Source: Gekko japonicus (lineage: Eukaryota). From it: 64,000 nt of DNA. The notes under the pieces are model-generated. The model saw nothing but the letters and a program-made list of their open reading frames with translations. It searched no databases and was not told where the DNA came from. The stretch lies in contig NW_015167071.1 of NCBI RefSeq assembly GCF_001447785.1, forward strand, positions 1 through 64,000. Reading direction: 5' to 3'. The position numbers and the translations under genes are program-made. Positions 61,229 to 64,000 of this stretch are shown here, one piece after another (position 1 is the first letter of the stretch; the number at the start of each line of letters is the position of its first letter).

Positions 61229-61769
61229 GTAACACATTAAAACAACACTGGGAGGGTGTTAAAAATCACTGATGATATAGCTGTAAGTTGTATATTGCCT
61301 TTCCTAATTAACAAAACAAAACAAAAATCACATGCTGTCTGGTGTACTTAGCCATTTTTGTACAGCCATCAGCAGCACTTGGAAGCATTTGTTTTATCCT
61401 CAGCAGTGTGGCAGGCAAATCAGCCTCTTGTGTATACAAGCAGTTTTTAAAACTTTAGCCTTATATTGCAAAAGCTTTCCACCCCTAATATATAATAAGA
61501 ACACAGGAATATGAAATGCAGACAGTAAGGACAAGGAATAAAATATAAGTAAATACAAACCATATTCATGCAGAAGGTTACAATGTTACAGCAATATATG
61601 ACAGGCTTAAATACCTTTTAGAGGTTAGTTAGAATACGACTATTATAAAATACATTTGGATTTATTAATTCTCTTGCTAAGGACATCTAGATAGTGAGCT
61701 TTTCCAGTCGCCCTGAGCTGTCCTTGGCTGGAAGGTCAGGGTAGAAATTTGAGAAATAATAATAATAAT

Positions 61770-62160
61770 CAGGGCTTTTTTTGTAGAAAAAGACCAGCAG
61801 GAACTCGTTAGCATAATAGGCCACACACAACAGCAGAAACATATTAGCATATTAGGCCACACCCCTGACAGCACAGCTCATTAGCTTATTAGGCCGCACC
61901 CCCATGTTACCAGAAGTATGGACATCCAGCCACACCGACCTTTTGCTTCTTATTCTGTTTACCTTGTTTGTTGTCAAAACCAGGGCTTTGTTTGTAGCAG
62001 GAACTCCTTTGCATGTTAGGCCACACACCACTGTAGCCAATCCTAATGAGTTTCTGCTGTTGGGTGTGGTCTATTATGTTAATGAGTTCCTGCTGGGCGT
62101 GGCCAACTGGGGAGCCAGCCGGAACTCCGTTCCTGTGCGTTCCTGCCCAAAAATAGCCGT
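61770..62160. mobile_element. hAT-like MITE fragments (TIR CAGGGCT...)
   Basis: CAGGGCTTTTTTTGTAG heads at about 61770 and 61981 with repeated CATATTAGGCCACAC; a related copy lies at about 56126-56666. Confidence 0.55.
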
Positions 62161-63639
62161 GATAATAATAAATAATGGTTGTTTCAGTGATGATCCACTA
62201 GCCACTGTTATTCTGCTCAATAGTACTCAGGGCTGTTGAGAGCCACCATGGGCCACTGGACAAAAATTCAACCCCCCCCCCCCGACCCTGCTCCATACCA
62301 ACTATCATAACAAAAGAACTCACTTGGCTGGCTGTTACCATGAATCTGTAGTAATTAAAAAATGGCCTATCTTTTATTTATTTACTTTATTTATATCCTG
62401 CCATTCTCCCTAATGGGAACCCAAATTATCCTCTCCTCCATTTTATCCTTACAAAAACCCAGTGTGGTAGGGGTCAAGGTCACCCAGCAAGCTTCCTGGA
62501 GTCAGGAAGCAGTTTTTATCCCGGCCAGTTTGGCCAGGGATCCTGGAGGGCTGTTGTTGTTGTTTTTTGTCATCTTTGGGGCATGGAACAGAGGTTACTG
62601 GGGGTGTGGGGGGAGTATTGGTGAATTTCCTGCATTGTGCAGGGGGTTGGACTAGATGACCCTGGAGGTCTCTTCCAACTATATGCTTCAGTGATTCTAT
62701 GATTCTGTTGCATAGTGGGGATTTGAACATGGGTATCCCAGATCCTAGTCCAGCACTTTAAACACTACATCCCGCTGGCAGGCATAACTCATCAGAGAAT
62801 AAAAGTAGGAGCCACAAAATTGATCTCTGGCTTCAGGATGATTGTAGGAGTTCCAGGGTCAAAACTGAAAGGTGTGTGAAAATCCTGGCCCAGGAGAGGT
62901 GATGCTAAGGGTCTCTGTTTGTGACAGGCATAACTCAGAAAATGCTGCTATATGTTTGAAAACTGGCCACCAATGCCAGTATGATGATGGAAGCTGCAGT
63001 GCTAAAAATGAAGGGAATGGGGACACTCTGAAACATGGAATAAGAGAGCTTTTAAGGAACCTATCATGTGTCTTTAATATTCAGATCCCCAGCCCGCCAT
63101 GGAAGACTGCTGGGTGACACACTCTCAGACAGACCTGTGTCATAGGGCTGTTGTGAGGATAAAATGGAGGACAGGAGAACAATGCAGCTGTGGGTCCCCA
63201 CTGGGGAGAAAGACTGGGTATGGAATTTGTTAAAAATCTATTTTTTAAATTTTAGGATAACAGTGGGGGTACAGAAAAAAGGGGGGAAAGGGTTATACTA
63301 CATAATTAAGTTTGTCAAAGACAATGACATAGTATATAATGTATGGGACAGAAAATATTTTCCCTTTCGTCCTCTTCGTTATAATTTTTAAGATATCTAT
63401 AATATATAAAAGGCAAGTCGTGCTGGCAACGACTCACCTACTCTCCTATTGCCTACTGAGGAAGCTGCCTTGGTGTTGTAGTGGCCCGTCCCATTGGCTC
63501 CTCCATTCTTAAGTTGGGAGTCCCAAGAGGGTATGGGGCATTAGCAGGGAGTCAGTTGAAGTGTTAATCTGTTAAACTGTTAAATGGGGCCAGTTCTTTA
63601 GAGTGGTGGCTTGATAGCCTGCCTCTGCATCCTGTGCCC

Positions 63640-63745
63640 TGGTATTCCTTGGAGGTCTCCCTTCCAATTACTTGCCAGGGTTGGCCCTGCTTAGCTTCCG
63701 AGATCTGATGAGATCGGGCTTGCCTGAGCAATCCAGGTCAGGGCT
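63640..63745 (-). mobile_element. 5S rRNA-derived SINE head
   Basis: Reverse complement contains GCCCGATCTCATCAGATCTCGGAAGCTAAGCAGGG. Confidence 0.7.
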
Positions 63746-63804
63746 GCTGAAGATATTTTATTTGTTTTTCACTAGAATTTCCAGCCTTTTGGTGCATTTA
63801 AGGT

Positions 63805-63893
63805 ATAAAGGTAAAGGTTTCCCTTGCTCAAAAGCTAGTAAAATTTGACTCTAGGGGGCAGTGCTCATGTACGTTTCCAAGCCAAAGAGCCAG
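63805..63893 (-). mobile_element. Sauria SINE 3' fragment
   Basis: (AAAGGT)n followed by TTCCCTTGCTCAAAAG..TGCTCAT..AAGCC.AAGAGCCAG, as in the other copies. Confidence 0.65.
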
Positions 63894-64000
63894 TATCAGT
63901 CACTTAAAACAAAGCAATGTTACCATCACACTTCAATACACCTTGATTACACTCAAATGTATAAGAAAACATAATACAAAAAGGATGTGAAACTGTCTAT

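Overview
Vertebrate genomic DNA from a squamate reptile (Sauria SINEs, 5S-derived SINEs, CR1, L2, Penelope, hAT MITEs; possibly a gecko, but the species cannot be determined). The window carries two diverged, intron-rich SSUH2-like genes in tandem on the + strand. Paralog A has 9 reconstructed coding exons at 447-17557, no visible 5' end, and ends in a CaaX motif (CCCTII*). Paralog B has 9 exons at 43772-61228 and continues past the window end. Both encode six DnaJ-type CxxCxGxG zinc-binding repeats and share exon phases. Almost all ORFs in the supplied track are spurious or transposon-derived. The most notable non-standard features are: two different ORF1-only (half-L1-like) retroelements with target-site duplications (TSDs); an apparently intact minimal hammerhead ribozyme at 52901-52944 (- strand); a Penelope element starting right after paralog A's stop codon; a GC-AG intron; twin near-identical CR1 copies; duplicated CTCF-like motifs between the paralogs; and eight copies of one hAT MITE. 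All calls come from manual reading and translation; no database searches were run.
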